Source: an uncultured bacterium (GTDB lineage: Bacteria > Omnitrophota > Omnitrophia > Omnitrophales > Aquincolibacteriaceae). From it: DNA of 64,000 nucleotides. A model generated the notes under the pieces. The model had not been told where the DNA came from and ran no database searches. It was given only the letters and a program-made list of their open reading frames with translations. The stretch lies in NCBI GenBank assembly GCA_964562525.1, contig CAZLTL010000011.1, positions 9,780 to 73,779 of the forward strand, in the 5' to 3' direction. This document shows positions 9,146-18,624 of the stretch, in pieces (the stretch's first letter is position 1; every line of letters starts with the position of its first letter). The position numbers and the translations under genes are program-made.

Positions 9146-10861
9146 GTGATTTTCCGGCAATATCTTTTCCAGGGCTTAGTACTGGGATTCATGATTCTTT
9201 TAGCGGGTGGGCTTTTTCATACGCAGGTGATTCGCGGCTCCGAGTACGCGCAGATGAGCGAGCGCAATTATATCCGCCTTATTCCGCTGGAAGCCCCGCG
9301 GGGGCGTGTTTTGGATGCGAAGGGGCGGCTTCTTGCGGATAATCGGCCTTCTTTTGATGTGGTGGCTATTCCCGAAGACGTGCGTACTGAAACTTTTATC
9401 AAACTCGCGCCGCTTTTAAAAATGACGCCGCTTGAAGTCCGCAAGCGTCTAGCCGAGAAAAGAGAGTATCTTTTTGCACCCGCAGTGATTGCCGAGGATA
9501 TTTCCAAAGAGCTGGCTTATAAAATCGAAGAGTATCGGCCGGAATTGCCCGGTGTTTCCATTCGTGTTTCCGGTATCCGTGATTATCCCTATCAGGAAGT
9601 GGGTTCGCATTTAATCGGATATATCGGAAAAATCAGCCAAAAAGAATATGAAACGTTTGAGCGCAGCCGATTTGGAATGACGTCCATGATCGGCCGGTCG
9701 GGCCTCGAGAAAAACTTTGATTCGGACCTGCGTGGCTATCGCGGCGGCCGCACCATTCAGGTGAATGCGGCGGGACATCTTGTGAAAGTTTTGTCGGAGC
9801 GGAATCCGGAACCCGGCAAAGATTTGCATTTGACTGTGGATCTTGAGTTTCAGAAGAAAATCATGGCGTTGATCAAGGATAAGCAGGCGACGGTGGCGGT
9901 TATGGATCTTTCAACGGATGGACTTTTGGCTATGGCAACATCGCCCGCTTATGATCCGAATGTTTTTGTGAGTCCCATGAAAAACGCTGAACGAATGAAA
10001 CTGATCAAAGAAAAAAAATCGCCCTTGCTTGATCGCGGGATGAGCTCAGCCTATCCGCCAGGCTCAGTTTTTAAACTTGTGACGGCATTGGCGGGTCTCG
10101 AAACCGGGGTGATTCAGCCGGGCAGCCGTTTTTATTGCAGCGGGCAGTTTCTGGCAACATCGAAATCGCGACCGATGAAATGTTGGTGGCATACGGGGCA
10201 TGGCAGTATCAATCTCTATGAATCTTTAGAGCGGTCCTGCAATGTTTACTTTTATAATGTTGCCCGGAAAGTGGGTGTTGAAAAAATGGCCTATTATTCC
10301 CGTATGTTGGGCTATGGGAGTTCGTTTAATCTGGAGGCCGGTTCGATTAGTTCCGGGTTGATTCCTGATGCCGATTGGAAAAAAGAAAAATTGAAAGACA
10401 AATGGTATGAGGGCGAAACTTTGAATATGGGAATTGGACAGGGGTATGTTCAGGCAAATCCCTTGCAGGTTTTAAAAGCAACGGCATTGATCGCGAAAGA
10501 AGGCGAATGGGTTGAGCCGCATGTGATTCAGAAAGCGCAGGATCCCTCTGCGAGGAAGCCGCGTTTAGCCGCTAAGAAAGAACACTTTCGAGCTTTGAAA
10601 AAAGGGATGTTTCAGGTCGTGCATTCTCCTTATGGAACAGGTCAATTAGCGAAAGTTGAATTTGCCAAAATGGGAGCTAAAACCGGCACGGCTCAAGATC
10701 CGCCGCGTCAGCCGCATAGCTGGATGACAGGCTTTTTGCCATATAAAGAGCCTAAGATCGCTTTTGTCGTTTTTGTTGAAAACGGAGGTTCGGGCGGTAT
10801 TACCGCGGGCAAAATTCTCAAGGAAGTGCTGCTTGCCGCGAAGGAGTCTGGGCTTGTTTAA
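9146..10861 (+). CDS. mrdA: penicillin-binding protein 2 (peptidoglycan D,D-transpeptidase)
   Basis: 571 aa; N-terminal TM, SxxK (SVFK), SxN and KTGT (KTGTAQ) motifs. Confidence 0.85.
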   Translation: MIFRQYLFQGLVLGFMILLAGGLFHTQVIRGSEYAQMSERNYIRLIPLEAPRGRVLDAKGRLLADNRPSFDVVAIPEDVRTETFIKLAPLLKMTPLEVRKRLAEKREYLFAPAVIAEDISKELAYKIEEYRPELPGVSIRVSGIRDYPYQEVGSHLIGYIGKISQKEYETFERSRFGMTSMIGRSGLEKNFDSDLRGYRGGRTIQVNAAGHLVKVLSERNPEPGKDLHLTVDLEFQKKIMALIKDKQATVAVMDLSTDGLLAMATSPAYDPNVFVSPMKNAERMKLIKEKKSPLLDRGMSSAYPPGSVFKLVTALAGLETGVIQPGSRFYCSGQFLATSKSRPMKCWWHTGHGSINLYESLERSCNVYFYNVARKVGVEKMAYYSRMLGYGSSFNLEAGSISSGLIPDADWKKEKLKDKWYEGETLNMGIGQGYVQANPLQVLKATALIAKEGEWVEPHVIQKAQDPSARKPRLAAKKEHFRALKKGMFQVVHSPYGTGQLAKVEFAKMGAKTGTAQDPPRQPHSWMTGFLPYKEPKIAFVVFVENGGSGGITAGKILKEVLLAAKESGLV

Positions 10862-10886
10862 ATTACTCAAGAAAATCCATTTTTCA

Positions 10887-11933
10887 ATGTTGTTTTCAAT
10901 GCTGGGCTTAGCGTCGTTGGGAGTCCTTTTTATTTTTAGCGCATCTTTTGATAAACAAGGTTTTTTTGAGCTCAAGCAATGCGTTTGGGTCGCGGCCGGA
11001 CTTGTGGCTTACTTTATGGTCGCATCGGTTGGGTATCGCTCTTTTCTGGGTGTTTCTTATTTGTTTTACGCGCTCACATTGTTTTTGTTGGTGCTGGTTC
11101 ATTTTTTTGGGACAACCGTGAATGGCGCAAGGCTTTGGTTTTCAATCGGTCCGGTCGCAATTCAGCCATCCGAGTTCGCTAAAGTAGCCACTCTGCTGGC
11201 GATGGTTAAATTTATCGGAAATTATCAACCCGGAATGGAACAGGCGCGTCCGGTGTGGGGCACGGTGATGATCGCAGCCGTGCCTTTTTTAATGATTTTG
11301 AAACAGCCGGATTTAGGGAGCGCGCTTATTTTCTTGCCGATGCTACTGACGGTTTTATTTTTGTGGGGAATTCGCATCCGATATTTAATTTTATCTTTTT
11401 TTATCGCGCTGGCCGCGCTTCCGATCGGGTGGAATTTTTTAAAGGCGTATCAAAAAAAACGGTTGATGGTTTTTTGGGATCCTTCCATGGATCCTTTGGG
11501 CGCGGGCTATACCGCGATACAGTCCAAAATTGCGGTAGGTTCGGGTGGGCTTCTCGGAAAGGGATTTTTGCTTGGCACTCAAACGCAGTTGAACTTTGTT
11601 CCTGAGCATCATACCGACTTTATTTTTAGTGTTATCGCGGAAGAATGGGGCTTTACGGGGTCCCTAGCTGTGATTTGCCTTTATATGCTTTTGTTTGTCT
11701 CGCTTTTCCGTATCTGCGATCACACGACGGATCCGAAGGCCAAGATGCTTGTGAGCGGGATTGCGGCACTTATTTTTTCCCAAGTCTTTATCAATATTGG
11801 AATGACTTTCGGCTGGATGCCGATCACCGGACTGACTCTGCCTTTGGTGAGTTATGGCGGGTCTTCGTTTGTTCTGATCTGCGTTGCGTTGGCGCTGGCG
11901 CTGAGCGTCCATCGTGAACGGTCTATCTTTTAA
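10887..11933 (+). CDS. rodA: peptidoglycan glycosyltransferase RodA (SEDS family)
   Basis: FtsW/RodA/SpoVE family polytopic protein; the ORF opens at 10764 inside mrdA, so the first ATG after the mrdA stop was chosen (uncertain). Confidence 0.75.
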   Translation: MLFSMLGLASLGVLFIFSASFDKQGFFELKQCVWVAAGLVAYFMVASVGYRSFLGVSYLFYALTLFLLVLVHFFGTTVNGARLWFSIGPVAIQPSEFAKVATLLAMVKFIGNYQPGMEQARPVWGTVMIAAVPFLMILKQPDLGSALIFLPMLLTVLFLWGIRIRYLILSFFIALAALPIGWNFLKAYQKKRLMVFWDPSMDPLGAGYTAIQSKIAVGSGGLLGKGFLLGTQTQLNFVPEHHTDFIFSVIAEEWGFTGSLAVICLYMLLFVSLFRICDHTTDPKAKMLVSGIAALIFSQVFINIGMTFGWMPITGLTLPLVSYGGSSFVLICVALALALSVHRERSIF

Positions 11934-11985
11934 TAAGTTCTGCTAGATTCTTCTTCTGCGAATGAGTAGAATCCCATCTCTTCAT

Positions 11986-12060
11986 CGGGGTATAGCTCAG
12001 CTTGGCTAGAGCGCTTGCTTTGGGAGCAAGATGTCGTAGGTTCGAATCCTGCTACCCCGA
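11986..12060 (+). tRNA. tRNA-Pro (anticodon TGG)
   Basis: cloverleaf folded by hand: acceptor CGGGGTA/TACCCCG, anticodon stem CTTGC/GCAAG, loop TTTGGGA, T-arm GTAGG-TTCGAAT-CCTGC, discriminator A. Confidence 0.8.
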
Positions 12061-12178
12061 TATTCATTCCGCTTAGTTCAATCTGGTCTAAGCAAAAAAT
12101 TCATACAGCTGCGTCTTCGCGCAGAACTCATTTTTTACTTAAACCCGATTGAACAGTGCTCCATTTTGGGCCCCTAAT

Positions 12179-12212
12179 AAAGACCGGATTTATTCCGGTC
12201 TTTATTTATTTT
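12179..12212 (+). terminator. rho-independent terminator downstream of tRNA-Pro (AAAGACCGGA-TTTATT-TCCGGTCTTT + T-rich)
   Basis: 10-bp perfect inverted repeat followed by ATTTATTTT. Confidence 0.6.
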
Positions 12213-12358
12213 GGGAGGATTCGAAGCGAGACTCGCAATATATTAGGATGATTGAGCAAAAACATGACTAAGGTCATGTTTTATGCGAAAGAATTCACGG
12301 CGAGTCGGGTGGTCATCTGAAATGAGTGCGGCGACTAGCCGACACGAATGAAGGAGAC

Positions 12359-12371
12359 CGAATCCTGCTAC
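12359..12371 (+). repeat. 13-nt exact copy of the tRNA-Pro T-arm/acceptor 3' segment (CGAATCCTGCTAC)
   Basis: identical 13-mer at 12046-12058 (inside tRNA) and 12359-12371. Confidence 0.4.
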
Positions 12372-12444
12372 TGTATTTGTTCTTCCTATGAGCCTGCGAC
12401 TCAACCGGGTTTTTCCCCCTATTTCCCTTATTATGACTCCGTTG

Positions 12445-12473
12445 TTGCGCTGAAAGCCCTCCCTCGGTACAAT
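12445..12473 (+). promoter_or_regulatory. putative promoter for thrS (TTGCGC-N17-TACAAT)
   Basis: read by eye ~30 nt upstream of thrS ATG. Confidence 0.35.
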
Positions 12474-12501
12474 GTGCGCTCTTTTTGCATAGAGGAAAGA
12501 T

Positions 12502-14250
12502 ATGATTCCACAAGATAAGAAAAACGATCCCTTGTCGAAAATTCGGCATTCCGCGGCGCATGTGCTTGCACAGGCGGTCGTGTCGCTTTACCCGGGTACC
12601 AAAGTAGCTATCGGCCCCGTTACGGCGGACGGCTTTTATTACGATTTTGATTCTCCTCACAAGTTTCAGGAAGAAGATTTTCCCGCGATTGAAGCCAAGA
12701 TGGAAGAAATCATCAAGGCTGGGCAAAATTTTAAACAGTACGCTGTTACGAAGGATGAAGCTCGAAAGCGGTTTGAAAAGGAAGGTGAAGTTTATAAGCT
12801 CGAAATTCTTGAAGGTCTTACCGGCGAAATTACTTTTGTTGAGAATGGACCGTTTGTGGATTTATGTGAAGGCGGTCACATTCAAAACACAAAAGATATC
12901 AAAGCCGTGAAGCTACTTTCTGTTGCCGGAGCTTACTGGCGCGGTAGTGAGAAGAATCCGATGCTTCAGCGCCTTTATGGAACCGCTTTCGGATCCAAAG
13001 AAGAATTGACTGCTTTTGTTACTCAGCGCGAAGAAGCCCTGAAGCGCGATCACCGCAAGCTCGGCAAAGAACTCGACCTCTACAGCTTTCATGTTGAAGC
13101 GCCCGGCATGCCGTTTTTTCATCCTAAGGGGCAAACGGTGTATGACGAGCTTTGTAAGTTTTGGATGGAAAAGCATAAAGAGTATGGTTATGTTTTTGCG
13201 AAAACCCCCGTGCTTTTTAAAGACGATCTTTGGCATCGCAGCGGGCATTATGACCATTACCGTGACAATATGTATTTCTCTGAAGTTGATGAGCAGCAAT
13301 TTGCGGTAAAGCCGATGAATTGCCCGGGACATACTTTGGTCTATAGTTCCGACCACCGCTCTTACCGTGATTTGCCGATTCGCATGGCAGAGCTTGGTTT
13401 GGTGCATCGCCGTGAATTAAAAGGCGTTTTGCATGGGTTGTTCCGCGTTAACGCATTTACGATTGATGATGCGCATATCTTTTGTACCGAAGATCAGATT
13501 GAAAGTGAAATTACGCAGGTCATTAAGCTTGTGGCTGAAATTTACGGAACTTTTGGTTTTGCGGATACGCAGATTTATCTTTCGACCCGCCCTTTGAAAG
13601 TGGGAGATTCGCTGGGTTCGGATGAGCTTTGGGATAAAGCCACAAACGCTTTAAAGTCCGCTCTTCACAAAAATAATATGAAGTATGACGTGGATGAGGG
13701 GGGCGGCGCTTTTTACGGTCCCAAGATTGATTTTAAGGTAAAAGATTCGATTGGGCGCATTTGGCAATGCGGAACGATTCAGCTCGACTTTCAGATGCCC
13801 GAACGTTTTGGTTTGGAATATGCCGGCTCTGATAATAAGCCTTTGCGCCCGGTGATGGTGCATCGCGCTGTCTTTGGTTCAGTTGAACGCTTTTACGGGA
13901 TTTTGGTGGAACATTATGCCGGAGCTTTTCCTTTGTGGCTTGCGCCTGTTCAGGTCCGAATCGCGACCATTACTGACAAACAGCAGGACTATGCTGAAAA
14001 GGTGAAACAGCAGTTGAATGCTGCCGGAATTCGGGTAGAATGTGACTTCCGCAACGAAAAGATAGGATTTAAAATCCGCGAAGCGGAAGTACAAAAAATT
14101 CCCTTTACATGTGTGATCGGGGATAAGGAAATGCAAGCCTCTCAAGTCGCCGTGCGTCAGCGTGGACGAAAAGACCTTGGCGGCATGACCGTGGATCAAC
14201 TCATTCAATCTTTACGGAAGTCGATTGATTGCCGTTCGGATAAAGAGTAA
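12502..14250 (+). CDS. thrS: threonine--tRNA ligase (lacks N-terminal TGS domain)
   Basis: 582 aa; begins at the N2/editing-domain RHSAAHVLAQAV motif; class II motifs and C-terminal anticodon-binding domain. Confidence 0.9.
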   Translation: MIPQDKKNDPLSKIRHSAAHVLAQAVVSLYPGTKVAIGPVTADGFYYDFDSPHKFQEEDFPAIEAKMEEIIKAGQNFKQYAVTKDEARKRFEKEGEVYKLEILEGLTGEITFVENGPFVDLCEGGHIQNTKDIKAVKLLSVAGAYWRGSEKNPMLQRLYGTAFGSKEELTAFVTQREEALKRDHRKLGKELDLYSFHVEAPGMPFFHPKGQTVYDELCKFWMEKHKEYGYVFAKTPVLFKDDLWHRSGHYDHYRDNMYFSEVDEQQFAVKPMNCPGHTLVYSSDHRSYRDLPIRMAELGLVHRRELKGVLHGLFRVNAFTIDDAHIFCTEDQIESEITQVIKLVAEIYGTFGFADTQIYLSTRPLKVGDSLGSDELWDKATNALKSALHKNNMKYDVDEGGGAFYGPKIDFKVKDSIGRIWQCGTIQLDFQMPERFGLEYAGSDNKPLRPVMVHRAVFGSVERFYGILVEHYAGAFPLWLAPVQVRIATITDKQQDYAEKVKQQLNAAGIRVECDFRNEKIGFKIREAEVQKIPFTCVIGDKEMQASQVAVRQRGRKDLGGMTVDQLIQSLRKSIDCRSDKE

Positions 14251-14273
14251 TAACGAGAATTTTAATAGGAGGA

Positions 14274-14876
14274 ATGTTGTCTAACGTAGCTAGTAAAATT
14301 CGGGCCAATGGTATGATTCGAGTTCCCAAAGTAAGATTGATTGGCCCGGAGGGAGAGCAGCTCGGAGTCTTAGGTTCACGGGAAGCCCTGGATAAGGCAC
14401 GGGAATACGGATTAGACCTCGTTGAAGTCGCCGGCAATACGAGCCCGCCGGTTTGTAAGATTTTAGATCTTGGCAAATACCTTTACTCTTTGAATAAAAA
14501 GGAAAAGGAATCGCGCAAGAAGCAGAAAGTTTTTGACGTCAAAGAAATCAAGATGACGCCCAAGATTGACGACCATGACTATGAAACCAAGGTTCGCAAT
14601 GCGAGGAAGTTTCTTGAGCGCGGAGACAAAGTTAAGTTTACGATTTTTTTTCGCGGTCGTGAAATTGTGTATCAGGACCGTGCCGCGGTTTTGATTCAGA
14701 AGTTCAAGACGGATTTATCGGATATCGCTGAGCTCGAAAGAAATGACGGCTTAGAAGGTAAGCAGATTCATATGTATTTTCAGCCCTCGCGGAACAAGCC
14801 TAAAAAAGCCGCGGATGCGGAAGGGGCTCAACCGGAGGCAATTTCAACCAAGGACGGGGATCATGCCCAAGCTTAA
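14274..14876 (+). CDS. infC: translation initiation factor IF-3
   Basis: conserved RLIGPEGEQLGVL region; exact start codon uncertain (AGGAGG at 14265-14270; TTG 14277 also possible). Confidence 0.85.
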   Translation: MLSNVASKIRANGMIRVPKVRLIGPEGEQLGVLGSREALDKAREYGLDLVEVAGNTSPPVCKILDLGKYLYSLNKKEKESRKKQKVFDVKEIKMTPKIDDHDYETKVRNARKFLERGDKVKFTIFFRGREIVYQDRAAVLIQKFKTDLSDIAELERNDGLEGKQIHMYFQPSRNKPKKAADAEGAQPEAISTKDGDHAQA

Positions 14877-15066
14877 AACAAAAAAAGCGATTTCTAAGCG
14901 CTTTCGTGTTACAAAAAATAAAAAAATTATGGCGAACCGCGCGAAGCGCCGTCATATGATGGCCGATAAAACTCCGAAGAAACGCAGACAGCTGCGCCGG
15001 AAACTGAGCGCCGATGTCAGCGCAAATTTGCTGAACATGCGCAAGGCAATGCCTTACGGAAACTAA
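14863..15066 (+). CDS. rpmI: 50S ribosomal protein L35
   Basis: MPKLKTKKAISKRFRVTKNKK; internal ATG of ORF 14815..15066. Confidence 0.8.
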   Translation: MPKLKTKKAISKRFRVTKNKKIMANRAKRRHMMADKTPKKRRQLRRKLSADVSANLLNMRKAMPYGN

Positions 15067-15092
15067 TTGTTTTTGCTCTGAGCTTCGCTCAA

Positions 15093-15125
15093 CCGCAGAC
15101 TAAATTTTTTATCTCTGCGGTTTTA
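15093..15125 (+). promoter_or_regulatory. hairpin (CCGCAGA-13 nt loop-TCTGCGG) followed by TTTTA in the rpmI-rplT intergenic region; possible attenuator or L20 autoregulatory structure
   Basis: 7-bp perfect stem seen in sequence; weak T tract. Confidence 0.35.
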
Positions 15126-15180
15126 CCGCAACCGTAAAGCAAAAAATACTTAAATAGAAGATAGGACAAGGAGCTAGAAA

Positions 15181-15534
15181 ATGCCAAGGTCAACAAATAA
15201 CCCAGCATCACGTAACCGCCGCCGTAAGGTTCTTAAGCGCGCCAAAGGTTTTTACCAGGGCCGCCGCAAGCTTTACCGCACCGCGCAGGAAACTGTTATC
15301 CGCGCCATGGCGTTCGCAACCCGTGACCGTAAGGTTCGTAAGCGCGAATTTCGCTCGCTTTGGCAGGTGCGCATCAACGCCGCATGCCGTTTGAGTGGAA
15401 CGACCTATTCTCGTTTTATTGCCGCATTGAAGAAGGCGAAGATCGAGCTCGACCGCAAGTCTTTGGCTGAAATCGCTGCGCGCGATATCAAAGGATTTGA
15501 GCAAATCGTTAAGTTTGCCACTCAGGCGAAGTAA
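15181..15534 (+). CDS. rplT: 50S ribosomal protein L20
   Basis: 117 aa, canonical L20 N-terminus MPRSTNNPASRNRRRKVLKRAKGF. Confidence 0.9.
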   Translation: MPRSTNNPASRNRRRKVLKRAKGFYQGRRKLYRTAQETVIRAMAFATRDRKVRKREFRSLWQVRINAACRLSGTTYSRFIAALKKAKIELDRKSLAEIAARDIKGFEQIVKFATQAK

Positions 15535-15574
15535 TATTGGGCTCTGAACGGCCACTAACCCAAGAGTTCCATGT

Positions 15575-16555
15575 ATGCTAGATGGGCTCATTTCAGAAAT
15601 TAAAGCTGAAGCGCAGCAGGCTTCCGGTCTGGTCAAGAATAAAGTCCAGGCAGAAGCCTTCCGCGTTCAGTTCCTCGGAAAAAAAAGTCGTCTTACCGGA
15701 TTGTTCCAGCTTCTTAAGGATGTTCCGGCTGCTGAAAAATCATCTGCCGGAGGTCAAATTAATACCCTCAAGGTTTGGCTCGCTGAAACTGCTGAGCGGT
15801 TGTCGGCTGAATTTGACGAATCTTTTGAAACACCTGCTTTTTTCGATTCAACGCTCCCGGGAATTCGTCCGCCATTAGGCTCTCTTCATCTTTTGACTCA
15901 AACGGTAGATGAAATTTTGTCTATTTTTGAACGCATGGGATTTGATGTGGCGGAAGGTCCTGAGGTGGAAGATGTATTCCATAACTTTACGGCTTTGAAT
16001 GTGCCTGAGGATCATCCTGCGCGGGATCCCAATGATACTTTTTATACGGAGCAAGGCCATTTGCTGCGCACGCAAACTTCGACAGTTCAGATACGCTATA
16101 TGCAAAATCATAAACCGCCGTTTCGGATGGTGGCGCCGGGGCGTGTGTATCGCCCGGATACGGTCGATGCTAGCCATTCATTTATGTTTCATCAAATGGA
16201 AGGTTTACTTGTTGATAAACAGGTGACTTTCTCGGAATTAAAAGGCGTTTTACATCTCTTTTTGCGTGAGCTGTTCGGTAAAGATGTAAAAATGCGTTTT
16301 CGTCCGCATTTCTTTCCGTTTACTGAGCCTAGTGTGGAAGTGGATATTGAATGGAAAAATCGCGGATGGCTTGAAATTTTGGGCGCGGGTTTAGTGGACC
16401 CGAATGTTTTTAAAGCAGTGGGCTATGATCCGCAGCTTGTGAAGGGCTTTGCGTTCGGCATGGGCGTTGAAAGAATCGCGATGATCCGTCATGGTATTCC
16501 TGATATTCGCTTCTTTTATGAAAATGATTTGCGTTTCTTGAAACAGTTTTCCTAA
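15575..16555 (+). CDS. pheS: phenylalanine--tRNA ligase alpha subunit
   Basis: 326 aa; class II aaRS motifs (FRPHFFPFTEPS, GAGLVDPNV, GFAFGMGVERIAM). Confidence 0.9.
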   Translation: MLDGLISEIKAEAQQASGLVKNKVQAEAFRVQFLGKKSRLTGLFQLLKDVPAAEKSSAGGQINTLKVWLAETAERLSAEFDESFETPAFFDSTLPGIRPPLGSLHLLTQTVDEILSIFERMGFDVAEGPEVEDVFHNFTALNVPEDHPARDPNDTFYTEQGHLLRTQTSTVQIRYMQNHKPPFRMVAPGRVYRPDTVDASHSFMFHQMEGLLVDKQVTFSELKGVLHLFLRELFGKDVKMRFRPHFFPFTEPSVEVDIEWKNRGWLEILGAGLVDPNVFKAVGYDPQLVKGFAFGMGVERIAMIRHGIPDIRFFYENDLRFLKQFS

Positions 16556-16558
16556 TTT

Positions 16559-18619
16559 ATGAAAATCAGCGTCGATTGGCTTAAAGAATTTGTGGACCTG
16601 AAACCTCCTTTTCCGGAGCATGCTTTGGCTTTAACCGAAGCCGGATTGGAAGTGGAGGCTGTCGAAAAATCAGTGTCGGGTGATACCGTTTTCCAGGTTG
16701 AAGTTACCACAAATCGTCCCGACTGGCTTAGTCATTGGGGCGTCGCGCGTGAGTTTTCAGCGATTCACGGTTTGCCGCTTGCAAAACCCCATATTGCGGA
16801 TGAAAAAAAATTGTCCCGTACGCCGCCGGCCGGCTGGAAAGTCATTTCCAAAGATTCTGCCGAAGCTTGCCCTTATTACACCGGTGTTTTGATCGAAGGA
16901 ATTACTGAGCATAAAACACCGGACTTCATGAAGCGCCGTTTAGAAAGCTGCGGATTACGGTCGATTCATTTAATTGTGGACATTACGAATTATGTTTTAC
17001 TCGAGCTTGGGCAGCCTTTGCACGCTTTTGATGCGGATCATCTGAGCGGAAATCAAATTGTCATTCGTCGCGCTCGTAAGGGTGAAAAAATGAATATGAT
17101 TTCGGGTTCGGCGATTGAATTGCATGAGCAGGATTTGCTGATCGCGGATGATTCCAAACCATTGGCCTTGGCGGGGGTCATGGGCGGAAAAGATTCCGAG
17201 ATAAACGAGCGTTCGCGGAATATTTTCTTGGAGACGGCTCATTTTCAACCGCGGCTTGTGCGCGACTCCGCGCGCCGCCACCAACTTAGCACCGATTCAA
17301 GCTACCGCTTTGAGAGGCGCGTTGATCCTTGTCTCGTAGATTTGGCTCGTCTGCGCGCTTTGCAGTTGATTATCGAATATGCAAAGCCTCGTCATATTAG
17401 CGGAGTGATTCATTACGGCAATACACCGAATCCTGTTTTGACCTCGTTACATTTGTCGGAAGAAGATGTTCGTCAGGCATTGGGCTGTGAAGTGAAGACA
17501 AATCAAATTGCTTCGATTTTGACACGCCTGGGGTTGGATGTGAAAACCGTTTCCTCCAAAGCTTGGAAAGTGGCCATTCCTTCATTTCGTGCTGATTTGA
17601 CAAGGCCCATCGATTTAATTGAAGAAGTTGCCCGTATTTACGGGTTCAATAAAATTCCTGAAACACTTCCGTCTATGCCTCCGGGAGCCTTACAGGCGAA
17701 TCCCGTTCGTAAAATCCAAAAGAAGATTCGCGAAGCTTTGGTCGGAGCCGGTTTTAATGAAGCGGTGACATTTAGTTTGATTTCAAGTGAGGGCTTTTCG
17801 GAAGAAGATTTGTCGTCGATGATCCGTCTCAAAAATCCTTTGCAGGCAGGGCTTGAGTGGTTGCGTCCGACCATGTTGCCGGGTTTGTTGCAGTCCGTGC
17901 AAAGAAATATCCGTTTTGGCGCTGAAAGCTTTGGTTTGTTTGAAGTCGCCAATGTTTATAAAAAAAGCTCCGAAAAACAGGTTGATGAGCGTAAGACCGT
18001 GGCGGTAATCCTTGGCGGTAAAATTAACGCGGGCCGCTGGCTTGATAAAGCGCGTGAAGCGTCTTATTTTGATTTGAAAGGTGTTTTGAGCGCCTTGCTT
18101 GAAAAAACTGGCGTCATCGGTGCGGTATGGACAAAGTCGTCTAAGTGGTGCCTGTCGGCGTCTGTTTGTGAAACGGTTCAAATTAACGGTGTGGTCGCGG
18201 GATATGCGGGGCAAGTTTCCGCTGACTGGTTGAAAATTTTTGATATTCAGACTCCAGTTTTTTTTGCCGAGCTTCAAATTGACGCGCTGAGTGCCGCATC
18301 TGCTGAAAAAAAAGTATTCAGCGAAATTTCAAAATATCCTTCCATGCGTCGCGATTTATCAATGACGGTGCCGGATGAGGTTTATGCCGAGCAGGTTGCG
18401 GATGATATCCGCCGCAGCGGAGGCGAACTTGTGCGCGAAGCGCAGCTTTTTGATTTGTTTCAGGGCGGCCGCGTTGCGAAAGGTTTTAAAAACTTATCGT
18501 TTCGCTTAACTTATCTTTCACCGGATCGGACGTTGACTTCGGATGAAGTGGATGCGTTACACTCTCAAATTGCCCAAACTCTGGCTGTGAAGTATCAGGC
18601 CCAGTTCCAAGCCAAGTAA
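16559..18619 (+). CDS. pheT: phenylalanine--tRNA ligase beta subunit (short form lacking the B2 OB-fold tRNA-binding domain)
   Basis: 686 aa; B1 N-terminus MKISVDWLKEFVDL then B3/4, B5, FDX-ACB domains; follows pheS. Confidence 0.9.
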   Translation: MKISVDWLKEFVDLKPPFPEHALALTEAGLEVEAVEKSVSGDTVFQVEVTTNRPDWLSHWGVAREFSAIHGLPLAKPHIADEKKLSRTPPAGWKVISKDSAEACPYYTGVLIEGITEHKTPDFMKRRLESCGLRSIHLIVDITNYVLLELGQPLHAFDADHLSGNQIVIRRARKGEKMNMISGSAIELHEQDLLIADDSKPLALAGVMGGKDSEINERSRNIFLETAHFQPRLVRDSARRHQLSTDSSYRFERRVDPCLVDLARLRALQLIIEYAKPRHISGVIHYGNTPNPVLTSLHLSEEDVRQALGCEVKTNQIASILTRLGLDVKTVSSKAWKVAIPSFRADLTRPIDLIEEVARIYGFNKIPETLPSMPPGALQANPVRKIQKKIREALVGAGFNEAVTFSLISSEGFSEEDLSSMIRLKNPLQAGLEWLRPTMLPGLLQSVQRNIRFGAESFGLFEVANVYKKSSEKQVDERKTVAVILGGKINAGRWLDKAREASYFDLKGVLSALLEKTGVIGAVWTKSSKWCLSASVCETVQINGVVAGYAGQVSADWLKIFDIQTPVFFAELQIDALSAASAEKKVFSEISKYPSMRRDLSMTVPDEVYAEQVADDIRRSGGELVREAQLFDLFQGGRVAKGFKNLSFRLTYLSPDRTLTSDEVDALHSQIAQTLAVKYQAQFQAK

Positions 18620-18624
18620 GTGAG

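Noticed and set aside
11255-11917. ORFs 11255..11605 and 11645..11917 (+) inside rodA
   Set aside because: Out-of-frame shadow ORFs within the SEDS protein gene.
12062-12501. T-box riboswitch leader for thrS
   Set aside because: The segment contains GGGTGGTCA, resembling the start of the T-box consensus (AGGGUGGNACCGCG), but the ACCGCG half and a specifier-loop/antiterminator arrangement are absent.
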